NCBI GenBank assembly: GCA_015233675.1
Contig: JADFXH010000005.1
Location: 16,964 to 80,963 of the forward strand
Direction: 5' to 3'
Origin: Candidatus Omnitrophota bacterium
GTDB taxonomy: Bacteria; Omnitrophota; Gorgyraeia; Zapsychrales; Fredricksoniimonadaceae
Length of the DNA: 64,000 nt
Of this stretch, positions 17,101-32,100 are shown one piece after another. The notes below the pieces were generated by a model, which was not told the origin of the DNA, searched no databases, and saw only the letters and a program-made list of their open reading frames with translations. A program made the translations under genes and the position numbers. Within the stretch, counting starts at the first letter, position 1; each line of letters opens with the position of its first letter.

Positions 17101-20100
17101 AGAGCCAGCTCCAGCGCCAGAAAATAAAACAAATCCAGGACAAGAAAATACAACTCAAATTACGGGTGACGTTACAATTACAATCCCTGGCTCCCCTGAT
17201 ATAACACTTCACAATCCTATAAGGACTGTAAACCTAGATAATAATACGGTCACATATACTCAACCCGCAAGACCGGATGGTAAAGAGCCGTCACAGCCAC
17301 CAGTGACCGTTCAGCTGGGAACAGAGAAGTTGCGGGGAAGTGGTACCGTTGAGTTTAATGATCCTAAAAGGAAAAGCATAACTGTGAATGGGAATGCGGG
17401 GTATATTGCTTTGAATGAAGCCCCTACGACGGATGAGAATGGAAAGCTTATTGGTACAATTCGTATTGTACGGGACCCTCTTAGAGAAAAGCTGTTGCGG
17501 GCGGGAGCACCGGATTTTGAATTTGGAAAAGGGATCGGCGCCGATGGAAAGATGCATTGGGCCATTGGCAAGGTGGACGCGGGCTTTAATTTTCTAGGAG
17601 TCAGTTTGGGCAAAAGCCAGATGGCGGTAAAAGGTAATTTAATGGATTATTTAAATCCTCTTTCTCAGCCGAAAGCAGTCGTGGGAACAGGCGCTGGAAA
17701 CATTTTAGATATGATGCAGACCGGTCAAATCCAAGGTATTCGTCCGGTTACGGGTTCACTTGATGGCAAGAACCAGCAGAGTGTTTCGATGGCGAATTTG
17801 GCAGCGGCAATCTTTTTTGACCTCCCGAATCTCCCGAAGAAAGAGTTGGTTACAAATGTGATCAAGTCTTTAGGGGGGGCTGTGTCTGATGCTGACAAGG
17901 AAGCTCTTAATAGCATTGGAGATGGAAATCCTTTAACCCCATTGACTACTGCGCAGGTGGACCAAATTAAGCAGATTTTATTTAAAAGTTCACCAGATGC
18001 GGCAATAATAGTGTCAATCTTTTCTAATCTTCCGAATCTCCCGAAGAAAGAGTTGGTAGCAAATGTGATCAAGTCTTTAGGTGTGGGAATATCTGAAGCT
18101 GAAACGAACTTCCTTAATAAGATTGGAGAGGGAAACTCTCAAAACCCCTTGGCAGATCCAGAAGAGTTGCGCCAAATCAAGAACATTTTATCTAAAGGCT
18201 TACAAGACACAGTGCTGAATACCATCACAAAAGGTCAGGTTGCCGGCTTGATGGCAATCGTTCATGATGCCAACCCTCAAGGATTTGGCGTCAAGCTTGA
18301 CTATATGCCTTCCAGTTATTATATGGCAACGGGAAAGGTTTTGACATCTTCTCCTATGAAGCTCGATGCGCGGTTAAAACTTGCTAATGCTCTAGGGCAG
18401 GCTGCTTATAAGAATGTGATGGATGAACGGAAGAATAAAAAGGCCGCTATTAAAGAAGGGACTATCGACGGAGTATATAATACAGCCATCGTAGCAAAGG
18501 AAGCACAAGATTATGTTTCTCAACAGCTCAGCAATCCCGTTCAAACAGCATATATCACAGGCGTTAATGTTGTGACTGATCCCAATGGACAAAAGACCTT
18601 TGCTCTAGCGGCTATAGGAACTGCGTTAGGGATTGCCCCGGGTATAGCTGAGCATGGCGTGGGTGGGGAAAGCTCTTCTTCTCAAGCGCTTTACACACTA
18701 AATAATGCCGGACGGGGACTGGCGTTTCTTTCGACTAATAATTCAATTAACGTTGATGGAAAATCCCTGACCGGCAAGCACCTTGAGTATGCCTTACCTA
18801 ATATTTCCCAAGGAGGATATCAAGTTGTTGACAATAACTTTTCCAATGGAGCCAGGGCATATTTTGGTACAACGATAGCCGCCGCTCCTTTAGCAGGGAA
18901 CATAATAACTCCAGGGATCCATCTTTTTGGTGATCATAATACTTTTTGGGGAGCGGGGGTGCAATTTGGTTCCAGCAATACGATCCTCCCGTTAAATACC
19001 GACAAACGAAAGGGAGCTTATTATAATACCACTCAAGCAAGCGAGATCAGTCCTTTAGGAGGGTCAGGGACATTAATAGCCAAGAGTGTCGTGCCTGGAA
19101 AGATTACCGACGGGACGCTGCCTGGCTGGACGGCATTTGGAACACAGCCAGCGAAGGGATGGCAATTAGATAAAACATTAACCCCTAATGAACAGGGAGT
19201 AACGATTAGCAGTAACGGGGTTTGGTTTGACCAAAATGGTAAAGAGAAGGGAAAAACTCCACAGGCAGTGGCAGGCAAAACCCAGAACTATTTAGATGTC
19301 TGGACCACAGAAGCTGGAAATATAGTCCATAACGCAATTAACGGGAATCCAAATGCCCCCGGGGTGCGTTCTTCTCGTCTAGTACCGAAGGCTCCCCCAG
19401 ATTCTTCCTCTTATCAACAAAGTGGAGAAACATTGCCTAATAATGGATTTGAAAACACTCCAGCAGAGCCTCTGGATCAGGTCGAACGAAGCTTATTAGG
19501 ACTATCGCAGGGAGTTTATCTCATTGGAGTCGGACAAGAGAAGCACGTAGCCGCAGTAACGCTGGATCCTCAGGCAGGTTTTGGAGCTTCCTTTGCGCCA
19601 TTAATCCAGAATGTTACTCTTAAAGTTGTTGACCACGATATTGCTAATTTTATTCCAACTGTTCAAGGGCCCTTTGATGCAAGAGGAAGACTTGTTATAA
19701 AAAATCAGATAGCTGACGAAAAACTAAACCATAAGCCTATAACAAAGGACCAAGTATTTAGTATTAATAAGAATGGAGTTGTCATAGGATTGGGGGATAT
19801 CAACAAGCCTGAGACCATTGCGACACAATATCAGAATATTGATGAGGGAACTAATCTGGATCTGGTTCAGAAATCCGGAACTATAGTGGAAGAGCGCACA
19901 GGTATTATACATAACCTAAATTTTTCTGTAGTTGATGTTGACGGAAAAGGGAAGCTGAAATATTTAACTACACCTCACGCCGATTCCATCGATCTGGGAG
20001 GAGGCCAGATTACTAGCGCGGCAAGCGGTAATTTCGGGCTAAACGTCAAGCCTACTCCCCAAGGAGATGTCCTCCAAATAGCTCTTGAAGGGAAAGGCCA

Positions 20101-23100
20101 AAACGGCAAAGATAATCCGCTTATTACTTATAGGCCTATCGCCGCACTCTCATGCCCTGCAGCAGTCTCAAAGGGTTTGCTCGATGCCCTTGACAATGCT
20201 GATAAAGCAATAACTACGGGTGTTGCTAAGCTAGAAAAAGCCACCTATGCGTACAACATAGCCCTTGCGAACAATACAAGTGATCCCTCTGACGTTAATA
20301 AAGCGGCTCTCAAAACTGCCCAGGACAATCTCGGCCAGGCCAATGAGGATATCTCCAAAGCTAATAAAGGACATGATAGGGCCCTCTCCGACATTGCGAA
20401 CACTGTCCAGACCTCTGCCTCTAACCAGTCCGCGCTGCCTGACGATGTTCGTGCTGCCATTACCAACGTTAATGACGCCTACATTAAGGCCAACGCTGCA
20501 GGCAGTCTCAATGCGGCACAGCCTTCTGAGAAGAATGCCCAAGCCGCCAAAGACGCTGACGGGAAGTTCAGCGATGCGGAGAAGGCTTATGACAAGGCTC
20601 TTGCCGCTCACCAGCGTCCTCTGAACGTAGGCTTTAGTCCCGATGGCACTACTGTTGTGACAAGCGGCCAGCAACGGGCCAATGTTGAGATTTCTGATTT
20701 TAATTTAACTAATGCCGGGTTGTCAGGGGACTTTAGTTATGTACGTATGATTAATAAAACGGGAAACCCCGTGCTAACTTTCGGAGTACAAGAGGGAAAT
20801 GGTGTCATTCAGGCGACAGGCCCAGAAAACTATCCTAATCCCAAGCTGCCCACCATAATTCAGTTTAACGAAAATGGGGTGCTTGATAAAAACTGGAGGG
20901 AAATTGCTTTTGATAACAAAGACATGCATTCAGTTGTACAGGTAAAAGATGCGCACACAGGGCTTACGGTAGACATGCTGATGAACCTTCGATATTTAGC
21001 ATATGGCGACAAGGGGCCTATTGGAATCAAATTATCTAATAACAGGACGATCAGGGACGCTTTTGGAGGGCAAGGAACAATTACAGCAGCGAATATTAAT
21101 GACGGCTCATTAAGGTTTAATGTTGATTCTCAAAATTTAATTACAGGAAAAGGGATGATTTCGGAGGGACAATTCTTTAAGGAAGGCGATATTTTAAAGG
21201 AAAATTTGGTGGGATCTGATGGGAAAATTATAGGGAATAAATATCAAGCAGTCACAGCGAAGATGGTGGATGAATTCAACAGCCAAAAGACTCCTTCTGC
21301 TGCACCGAAGACAGAGGATATTATAAAGGAAAATAACCTTACCATAGCTTCAGAGGAAGGACATTTTGTTAACCAAGGGATGAGCCAGTACACGGTTGAT
21401 ATTAATAGCTCAGGCAACGGATCAGCGACGCAATATTATGGGAATACGCTGTTGACCAATAATACAGGAAAGGGATTGCCTTTATTTGACTTGGTGAGAA
21501 AAGGCAGCAGCGACCCCATAGGTACCGGGTGGCTGGAAGGGAACCTATTTCATTTAAACAAGAACCAAGCAATAGATACGCCTGAAGGGGAAAAGGAGAG
21601 TAAACTCGGCAATATGTTATTAATGGCGAATGGCAGCAACACGTTTAAGGCGGTAGAAGTAGCGAAGTTAGCAGATGAAGTTTTGCCTGTTTTGACACGA
21701 AAATTGACAAAAGCAGAGACCATAGGTGGGAAGAAGTATAATGCCGATGATACAGTATATGAAAGTCAAAAGTTAACAAAAGACATAACTATAGGGAAGA
21801 ATACGTACCATGCCGGGGAGGACATAGTAGTTACACAACAAATGCATGATGATTTTTTGTCTAGTGACCAAGGCAGGCAGATGATACAGATGGCTGAGGA
21901 TTTGACATTACTGGATGTGAATTCTCAGGGCAAGATTCTGGGCATAGGTTTTGGTAAAGATGGTAATGGAAAATATTTACCAGTTCAATATTCCACAGGT
22001 GGCTCGGCAATAATACAAAATCCGGAATACCCTGTGCTCCCTATTGATAAGGAAGGCAAATTGGAAGGGCAATTGAAACTGACCGTAAAGACCCCAGAAG
22101 GAACGAGCATCCCATTGCTGGTTAGCCAAAGGAGTGAGAACCAGGCTGTCTTAGAGGCAGTTCAAGCAAAGTATCCTGAAAAGGGAACGATTCCTAAGGG
22201 GGGGCTAACGATAGGGAAGGACACAATAGCAAAAGATATGATTAACAATCCGACGGAGGAAGCGGCAATGTTAACTTCAGTCGGTTCAAAAGATCAACCG
22301 TCCTTGCCCGTTAACAGCTCATCTGTTCAAGGAGCAAACAATACCCCTCCATTTATTAACGACATGTCTTCTCATAGCATATTTGATTTAGCGTCTGAGT
22401 TGTATACATCGCCTGCGTCCAGTGCCATTCAATCACCATTGCCAGCCAGCAACGCGTATACTCCTGTGGGGGACAATATTTTCCCATTCAACTCCTACCT
22501 CTCTTCGCCGATCGTTCCGTATAATCAATATAATCCATTTGGTCTAACATCTGCGCAATATACATCGCCTGCACCCAGCGCAACACAATCACCATTGCCG
22601 GTGTCAGATACAACTCCGGCGCTTACAGTAACTGATGGCTTGGGCAAATTGCAGGCCCAAGGGACAGCTCAGTATATGATCAATCTGGACAGCTTAGGGA
22701 ATGGGGCTGCATCGCAATTATATGATAATAATACTCATTTGATCAACAATACAACGTATGATTTGAACGTATTTGATGTTATAAAGAATGATCATACACG
22801 AGTGGCAACAGAAACATTGGAAGGCAATACATTAAACAAGAAGAACGAATTTTATTTTAACCAAAACCAGGCAGTAGCGGCGCCAAAGGGCTTAACTCAA
22901 GAGCAGCTTGGGCATTTGGGAAACTGGGCGTTGGCAGGCGTAGGCACAAATACATTTGAACTACTTGAGACCTTGAAATTAGCGGACACAGTTTTAGCTA
23001 CTGGAAAAATACAAGGATTGCCCGATGCAGGCGTACAATTAGCCATGACATATACGGCGAATACAAAACTGGAAGAAACTCTGGATAAGGCTCATCAGCA

Positions 23101-26100
23101 GGGAATGATACTGAAAGATGATCTGACCATAACGAAGACTTTTAAAAATGGCGAAACATTGACGAAACAGGAATATGACGCTTTAATAAATAATCCTAAA
23201 ACAAATCGGCAAATGGTACAAATGGCTGAGAAGGCCACATTCTTGAGGGGAAATTCACAGGGACAGATCTTGAACATAGATCTGGCTAAGGAGAAAGGGT
23301 CAGATGGTAAGGATCATTTGTTGCCGATTCAATATTCCACAGGAGCTACGGCTCCCATAACAGAGACTTTAAAGGATGGGCAGGTGAAATTGGTTGCGAA
23401 GGGAGTTGATTTGCCAGTGGGAGCAGGGGTAATGAATGTGAATGAATATGTCGGGGCAAAGATTCGATCAGCGCATCATGTAGGTGACAGCATTCCTGAG
23501 GGGGGGATAAAAGAAGGCGAGACAATATTGATTGAACCTGGAACAGATCACCATAAGCTTCATGAAAAAGATTTGGATACTATGGAACAGGCGATGCGTA
23601 AAGCAATGGGGGGAAGTGAGCAACCTGCTTCGAAAAATATTTCACCTTCAGCCAAAAAGGGGGCCTCAAGGACTGTAGATCAGATACCTGAGTTTAAAGT
23701 AACCGGCATCTGGGACGATTTAAAAGGCAGCGGACAAGCGCAGTATATGCTTAATTTGGATAGCACAGGCAATGGAACAGCATCGCAGTTATATGATTCT
23801 AACACCCATTTGAACAATTCGACGCCGTTTAATTTGAATATATTTGATGTGATTGATAAAAACAATAAAGTTATAGCCACAGACACATTAGAGGGTAATA
23901 CATTAAATGGGAGGAACAATTTTTATTTTAATGACAACCAGTCTTTACGTACACCTAAAGGATTAAAGTCGGAAACATTAGGAGAATCGGTAATGGTGGC
24001 GACGAAGGCGGGCAAGTGGTTTAATACGATAGAGACAATAAAGTTGGTAGATACAATTTTGCCTATTGGGGGGCAGTTGGCAAAAGCTATGGACATAGGA
24101 GGGAAGACGTATAAGAAGAACACTATAATTACGAAAGAGATGCAGGATGCTTATTTGAGAACTCCTGAAGGCGCAAAAATGGCGCAGTTGGCGCAAATGG
24201 CGGAGAGAACAAAACTATTAAGGGTAGATTCGGCAGGCAGAATAAAGAACATGGATTTTTATGATGATATTGTGACAGACTCATTGGGAGATGCAGGGAA
24301 GATAACCTTTCATGATACAAGCACCGGTCAATTGGCCTTAGTTGTAAAATCGAATCAGTTCGTGGCGGGTCTAGGACAGGATCAAGACAAAGCGCTTGAG
24401 TGGCAAGTTCCAGGTGGAAAAGACAAGCAGCATCCATTGTCCGGAGAGGTGAAAGTCAATGGCAAGACAACGAAATATCAATCGGGAGAAAAATTCACAG
24501 ATGGGGACATAATCAATGCAATCATGAAGAAGGAACACGGGCGGATTGATAATTCTAAAGATTTACCGCTGCCGAACCATACGTTAAAACTTATTATGGG
24601 TCAAGACGGAATCGTTCGCGGACAAGGAGGATCGCAGTACCAGATCACTTTAGATAGCACAGGCGTTGGAACCGCATCACAAATTTATCACGATACCCAT
24701 TTAAGATTAGCCCAAGACATATCCAATGTCCAGTTAATAGAGGTGGGTAATAAAGATACTAATCTACTAGCAGAAAGGACATTAAAAGGGCATGGCGGGC
24801 ATGATTTTTATTTAGATCAAGATGGGGCATTATACAGGCCGGATGCTCTTAAAGGCCAAGAACTATTAGGGAGCATGGCAACGTTGGGCGTGGGAAAAAA
24901 CAGTTTTACCCTTGTAGAAACCGGAACTCTGGCCAAGCATATGGGGATAAATATGTTCTCCGAGCAGGCGACATACTTGGATACGGATGCGGACAAGAAT
25001 ATCCTAGGGGCAAAACTTCTTAAGGGGTCGGTTATTAAAGATTTGTTTGGTGGAAGAGGAACGCTGCAAAGCTATGGCTTGTCAGATGGGAAACTGCATA
25101 TTGATATAGTAAACGCGAAAGGTTTTGCAGCTCTTCAAGGTGTCCAGCCCGATGCAGAGAAGAATGCATCTTCCTCTGATAAGGAAAAGGGAAAATCAGC
25201 AGGACAGACAACATCTAATTTGCCTTCTTTAATATTAAGTTCGGGCAGAAACGGAATCATAAAAGAAAATGGGTATGTGCGGCTCATTGCGTCTAATATG
25301 AGCAGTTCGGGGGCAGGTTCAGTCATGCAAGATTATGCAAACACACACTTGATATTTGCAGGACGGTTAAGCAGTCTGCCGTTGTTTGATATAGATCGTA
25401 AAGGAAATGAAATAGGAATAGGAACGTTGATAGGAAAGAATTTTTATTTAGATAAAAATGGAGAAATATTTGCTCCAAAAGGAAAATCGGCAGGGCAATT
25501 AGGGAAAGAGAATTTTCGTGCAACGGGAGCGTACGGGATATCGATAGTGCCTACAAAAATACTACTCAGCGGGAAATCTATTGAAACGCTGTTGAAAGCA
25601 AACAGCATCACGATTGATTCTGCGGGAAACGTGAAGGCCGTAAATTTTGGCAAGCACTTGGAAGCTATATATCCGTCCGGTCGTGAAAGAATAAGCAGCT
25701 ATTATGTGAAAGATGGCGTGATTCATATTAACGCGAAAACTGAGGGGAAACATGGAGGTGAGGCAGGAAGAGGAAGCATGGTAGTCGAGACCATTCCTTC
25801 TCTAGAAGAAGAATGGGGGTTGGGTGACCCATTTCATCCGATTCCAAAGTCTCAAGCAGAGCCATTGGACATCAATGATCTTTCAGGCCTGAATGCTTTT
25901 TCAGATCCATTGGGAGGGGGCAGCCTATTAAATCCATCTGGTCGGAGAGCTAAAAAAGCAGCCCTTCCATCATGGGGTCTGAATGATACAACAGGTACAG
26001 CAGGGGCATGGGGGCAGGGGAGTGTATTAAATACATCGCCTTTGGCTTGGAATTTTTTCAATCAAGGGACAGCTCAACCAGTGTCAGAAGGAAATGGTGA

Positions 26101-29100
26101 CGCAACAGAAAGACACCCGATGCCGGGTGAGACATTAAAGCTTTTTCCGGATAAGCATGGGGATATGGTTAATGTGGGAGACACGCAGAATATAATCCAG
26201 GTTAGTCCTTCACGTTACGCATCAGAAACACAAGATTACAGTAATACACTATTGATACTCCCCGACCAGCGAGAAACACCTTTAATAGATCTGAAAGATC
26301 GAGAGGGCCATACTTTAGTAACACAATATTATGGAGGAGACACGCATTATTACTTTAATTCAAGCCAGGAATTGTATGTTCCGGATGTAGTTAGGGAAAA
26401 CAAACCAACATACAAGGATGTCTCAGCACAAACGATGACAAGAGATGATTGGGCAAAAATGTTTCACGATAACTCCATTAGTCATAGAGGCGTTACGACG
26501 TTTGATTGGTTAATGTCTGAAGGGTTTTTCGAAGAAACAAGCGGATCAAAAGGCACTCCGAAGCCTCTAACGCCTGACAAAATAAAACTTCTACATAGCA
26601 TGCAGGTATCTGTTGACAATGTAGTGCGTAATTATTTACTCGATCCCACGGTGCCTAAAAATCAACTACAATCATACCTTGCTGTAACACTCAATATTCC
26701 AAGGGCCTTGGCCATTTTGCAAGCGACAGTTGCAAAGAAAAATGTTGCGATTTATCCTTATCCAGCGCATTTATCAGGATACATGGAAATGGGAACGCTA
26801 AAGGGTTCTGCAAAAGATTTTCCGATGTTTCAAAAGGCGGATCTTGTGGAATATTCGGATGATAATGGGATATATAAGGGAGCTAATATTCTCGAAGAGC
26901 AGGCGACGTATATGAAAGTTGATGCGTATGGGAATATATTAGGGGCAAAATTTGATTTAAGCAAAGGTATCGTAGACAGGTTTGGTGGATATGAGGCTAT
27001 GATAGCTCAGCCAACCCTTGAAAATGGGCAGGTGAACATTCAAGCGCAAACAGTACATGGCAAGTTAGGTTTAGCTTCTCTTATGGCAGACATTATAGTA
27101 CCAGACAAACCTGGCGGCAGCGGCCCACAATCTCCGACGGACCATGTTGTGTACTTTGTAAAAGACGGGAATTTAATTAGGAATGGTAGTGAAGCTGTTG
27201 TTGGCGGGGAAGATAAGCCAAGCCAGACTCAGTATGTAATAACATCTACAAGTACCAGACTCGTTGGTACTGCTAAAGGGTCGTACAAAGGAACGCTGGT
27301 TAAAAATTGGTCAGGGCTTCCGGATTTTGCGGGTGGGGAAGATGTGAAGTTTACAAATGTTCCAGATGACAAAACATCACCAGGTATTATTTTGCATAAA
27401 AATGCGGAAGTTGCGGTGGATCAAAATGGGCAATTGGTTACAGAAAAGCCTTTAGGGGTGGTTGTTGGGCATATTTTTAATAAAGCTAATAAAGCATGGA
27501 ATTTCGGAGACCCTCAGGAGATAGGAGAACTTAGCTTGGCGGGAAATAGTCTGATTATGGTCAAGACTAATGGGGAGCTCAAACCTTTTGTTGTTAATTT
27601 AAATGAAGGAACAGTGACTTCGCTAAAGAGGTTTAAAGGTGAAGGCACAATAGATGATGGGGTGTTTTATGGGTGGAATGGTTTTACTGTAGAGGGAGTA
27701 GATAAAAATAAAATTTATTTTGTCGTTCAAGGGCCAACAGGAAAGCCAAGGCCAATAGCGTATCATTCTGACGGTAGTCCTGCTACTTTGGGATTTGACC
27801 CGTCATGGGGGAAACGAGCAGGCACGGCTGTCGGCGGGTTTGTAGTAGATGTTGCAAAAGATCTTACAAAAGTTGCCAGGAATGGAGCCGGAGAAATAAC
27901 TGGAATATTGGGTGGTTTTGAGTTCCCTAATTCTTTCATGGGTAATCTTACGGATAATATAATTTCGTATGGGGCACAATCTGGCTGGGGAACTGATTTG
28001 CGAGGCATAACGGCATCTCCTGATGGGTTGAAGGCATTTGAAGAAGACAATGCAATTGGTGCGGTAAAGGCAGGGCTTGATGCAACTATGGTATATGGAG
28101 CAGTTACAGGATTAGCAAGAATAGGGGCACAATTAACAGTGCGGGCAGGATTAGAAATAGCAGGGAAGGAGGCAGGAGAGCAAATATTGAAGAGAACTCT
28201 TTATCAAAATATTGGTAAATATATTTTGGAAAGAGTTGGGGCTCGTCTTGGGGCTCGTGTGATAGGGTTTATGGCAATTTCAGCAGCATCAGGAACAGTT
28301 GGTGGTTTTGGTAATGTGGCGCTTCATCACGGCAACTGGGATTATTTTCTCCCAGGGGCAGAGGCAACGGCTATGATACCCGGAGAAATATATTTGGCAA
28401 GAAACCCAGCAACCTCTGTTTTTGGACAATTTGTCCAATCTGGAACTCTTTGGACAGCCTCGGGAAATTCGCTGTCTTTAATGCTGAATAATGAACCATT
28501 AACACCGGAACAAAATGTACATTTATTCTTAAATGCGGGTGTTTCAAGCATGGGCGGGAGCATTTTAAAAACGGAACTGGGGATGTTGAAGGTGGGAGAG
28601 GACGTAGGAACGTTAAGTCGTATAGCACGCGTCAGGGCAATTTTACTCCCAGTATTATTAAGAGGCCTTTCCCGCACAGCCCAGAGTATGCTTTTTATGG
28701 GAAGATTAGATACGCTAGCCAATCATGTTATGGTAGCGAGGGATAGAGTTCCAGACCCAACTGGCATGTTCTATATCCAGAAAATGAATGTTGGAGAGTT
28801 TACTGCTAAGAGTTTTCTTGGATGGAGTTTTACTGATAAGAATGGGAATTTTAGCTTGGAAGGGCATTATAATCCCTTTGCAGGGGCTTCATTTGGCGTC
28901 CTTTTTGCTGGAGCAGGAGGGGCGGCATCGTTGTTTTTTAAATCTTTTGAGAAGGCAAAAATAGCTGTTGAAGGGTATTCTAAAGCCGTTGAAGAGATTA
29001 AAAATGCAGCGACAGACGGTAAAACAATAAGTGAGAGCGGTCAATTAATAAGTGAGACTGGAGAAGTGTTGAAAGAAGCACCAAGGTTGCCCTCAATAGG

Positions 29101-32100
29101 GGTGAGAAGTCAGGCTGCGATTCTTACAGCTTTACGTAATCCAATAATTGGAAGAGCTCTGGCTTTTGGCACAGTTAATGCCGCTGTCGGGGCGGGTAAC
29201 GCCTATATAGGTGGGACAGCCACATGGAAAGCATATAAAGCAAATTTTGCCCGTCAATTTTTGGGAGCTTTTTTCAAGGCCGCTGGTGTGGGGGCAGTTT
29301 TTGGATTGGTAGAGGGAGGGACTTTGAATGCCCTAAATTCTCCGGGGCTTAAGGAGGCCGAGACAGAGGCTAAATTAACATATTGGCAGAAAATAACTAA
29401 TGCTAGCAGCAGATTTAATTATGGCATGTTTGAGGGTGAGCTTAAACGTCCTGCGGATGTATTTGATTTTGATAGTAAAGGACCAGGTCCGGAGGCGAAA
29501 AATCTGGTGACAGGAGCCCGCCGGGGGTTGAGTACTGCTTTAAATGTGGTAGCTATGGGAGCGACTGCTTCTTACTTACAAGGAGGAGGCACCCGCCACC
29601 ATGTACAAAGTGCTCTTTTGGGTGGGCTCGGAGCTTTGCTTATTTCTGTCGCACCTATATGGATGCGCAGGATGACAGTGGGCCTTACTCCGGATGTGCC
29701 TAAGGCAGGTAATAGAGAATTTGTAGATTATATCTTTCAGGAAGGAGTCAGGACAGTAACCTCTCATGCTCTGTTTGGCAGCCTTGTGGGTGGTGGTATG
29801 TATGTTGTTGCTACTAATCAAAAAGGCAAATGGTCATTATCGGATTGGAGGGGATTCGCTGAATATGCTGGGGCTGGATTTTTAATAGGCGCAGGAATTG
29901 GGTTTGCCCGGGCAGTACTTGGGGGGTTGTCTAACTTTGGCAGCTCAGCAGAAATGCAGAAGGCGATACAAGAGGGAGATTGGGGGGCTTTTAGAACCGA
30001 GGGAAAAGTGGAAAAAGATTTAATAAAGGCGCAAGAGCTGCGAAAAACATTGGTAGGAAATATGGCGCTTCGGGGAGGGATTGGGGCTTTTGTCGGCGGG
30101 TTAGCTGGGGAAGGGATGTATAGGATTGATGCCAAAGCTCATAATGGAAAGTCGGAAACAAGTCAGGCGCAATATATCGTTTTGGGAGCAGCTATTGGAG
30201 CAAGCAATAGTTTATGGAGCTCCCTTGGGAATCCTTTTATGCGTAACGCTTTGGGCGTAGGGACGGAACAATTAACTTTTGAAAAATTAGCGGCTAATCC
30301 AGAATTAATAGGGAAGTATGCTATTTTAGGGGCCACAGATTTTGCCTTTACCATGCCGGCTTTTATGGCGACTACTGTTCCGATCCATCATCTTGTCAAT
30401 CGCTTGGAAGGTAAATCCTATGCAGAGGCATGGGATAAAGCTTTTCATGGTTTCATGCTGCAGGATACAAGGTATGACGAAAACGGGAAAGTAATTAAAG
30501 AGGAAATAGGACTTGTCCCGTCAATGATGAAGCACATATCTGACGGCGCTAGGATGGGTATTGAATTAGGGCCAGCCTTAGGCATTCTGCAGATGCCCGG
30601 AAAAGCTATTTTTACAAATGCGGAAGAAGGTTTTGGTAAAAGCATTACCACCAGTGAATTATCACACAGCACCGCATCAACGGTCGCCTTGTTGGCTGGG
30701 GTACAAGCGCTTACGGAATATGGAATCAAACACACCGGCATTATTCAAGATTTCAGGAAGGCAGCTAAAGAACAGGCAGAAGAAGAAGCTCCGGAAATTG
30801 AAAAGAAATATTCCATCGTGACGAAAGACGCAAAGCGGAACTTGATTAACAATTTAGCTGAAAGTATTTATGATCAAAAAGTAGCCGGATTAGGCCAAAA
30901 GGTAGCATTTATTTCTTTGTTTTTAAAACCCGTAGCTGTTATGGCTGATATGTCAAACGTTTCTCTTTCTCATGATCAGAAGGCGGAAGCATTGACTCCT
31001 GAAGAAAGCGCGGTTTACTTCAATCGATTGCAAGGCAAATATGCTGATGCTAAAGACGAGGATAAAGAGGAGAGGGTGACAGAAACTGGACGTGCCGTAC
31101 GGATAGTTAAAGTTGCCCACGGGGATAAATTATTAGGAGGAGGGCGTGCCACGGGGGGAACTGGTGTTGATGAGGATGGCGCAAGAGTGACAATCATTTT
31201 ACATGATGGCACCTCCGGCGCTTTAGATCACGAGCTAGCAGAAGCAGATGCGCGTGATGCAATGCATCAGCATGACCTTTATATTGCCGACAACACATCA
31301 GGGCAGCAGATGCGAACAAAAGAAGAGGGCGGTGAAGGGTTGTTAGAGCTGTTGCAAGCTCAAGGATATAAAATTGGTGATGGTTCGACGCATTCCGATG
31401 CCGCGCATAATCATGCGGCTAAATACTTTGGTGAGGGGGAAAACCCCTTGGATATTTCGGCTATCAGAGAAGCCATTAAATCTGTTTCAGAAGGAAAATC
31501 TCTGGAATCTTCCGGACGGGCTCCGCCAAAGGAAGTTTATGTTTTTGCCCATGGACATTTGGCAACAAAAGAAGAATCCCCGTCTGAAGAATTTAGCCCC
31601 GACAAGCCTTCTTTAACAGAATATTTAAGATATGCCGCTAAAGAATTTGGCAAAGGTTTTATAAGCACCATTTATAGGGGCGTAGAAAGCGATATCTCTC
31701 GATATACAGGAGAAAGAGATAGGCTGCAAATGCAACTGGATGGGATGTCACTCACAGATAAATCCATGAATCCCCAAAAAGTTGAAGAATTGAATACCCA
31801 ACTTAAGGAGGCCCTGAAGAATTTAACAGATACCTATAGACTTGAATTTTATGGCGATCAAGAATTAGGCACACGACAAAGCATCATATCTATAGCTCTA
31901 GCGCACGAAATTGTCAGCAAAAAAATTAGTGAATTAAAAGAAGAGAGAATAAGACTGAGGCCCGGCGATAAAAAGGCGCGAAGCCTTGAGGAAAAAATGA
32001 ATTCCCTTACAAGGCTAGAACAAGATTTTGGGAAGCAAATCGAAGATCATCTTAAGAATTTGAAGGCCGATAGGAATTCGTTTGATGCGTTCCATTTGGG

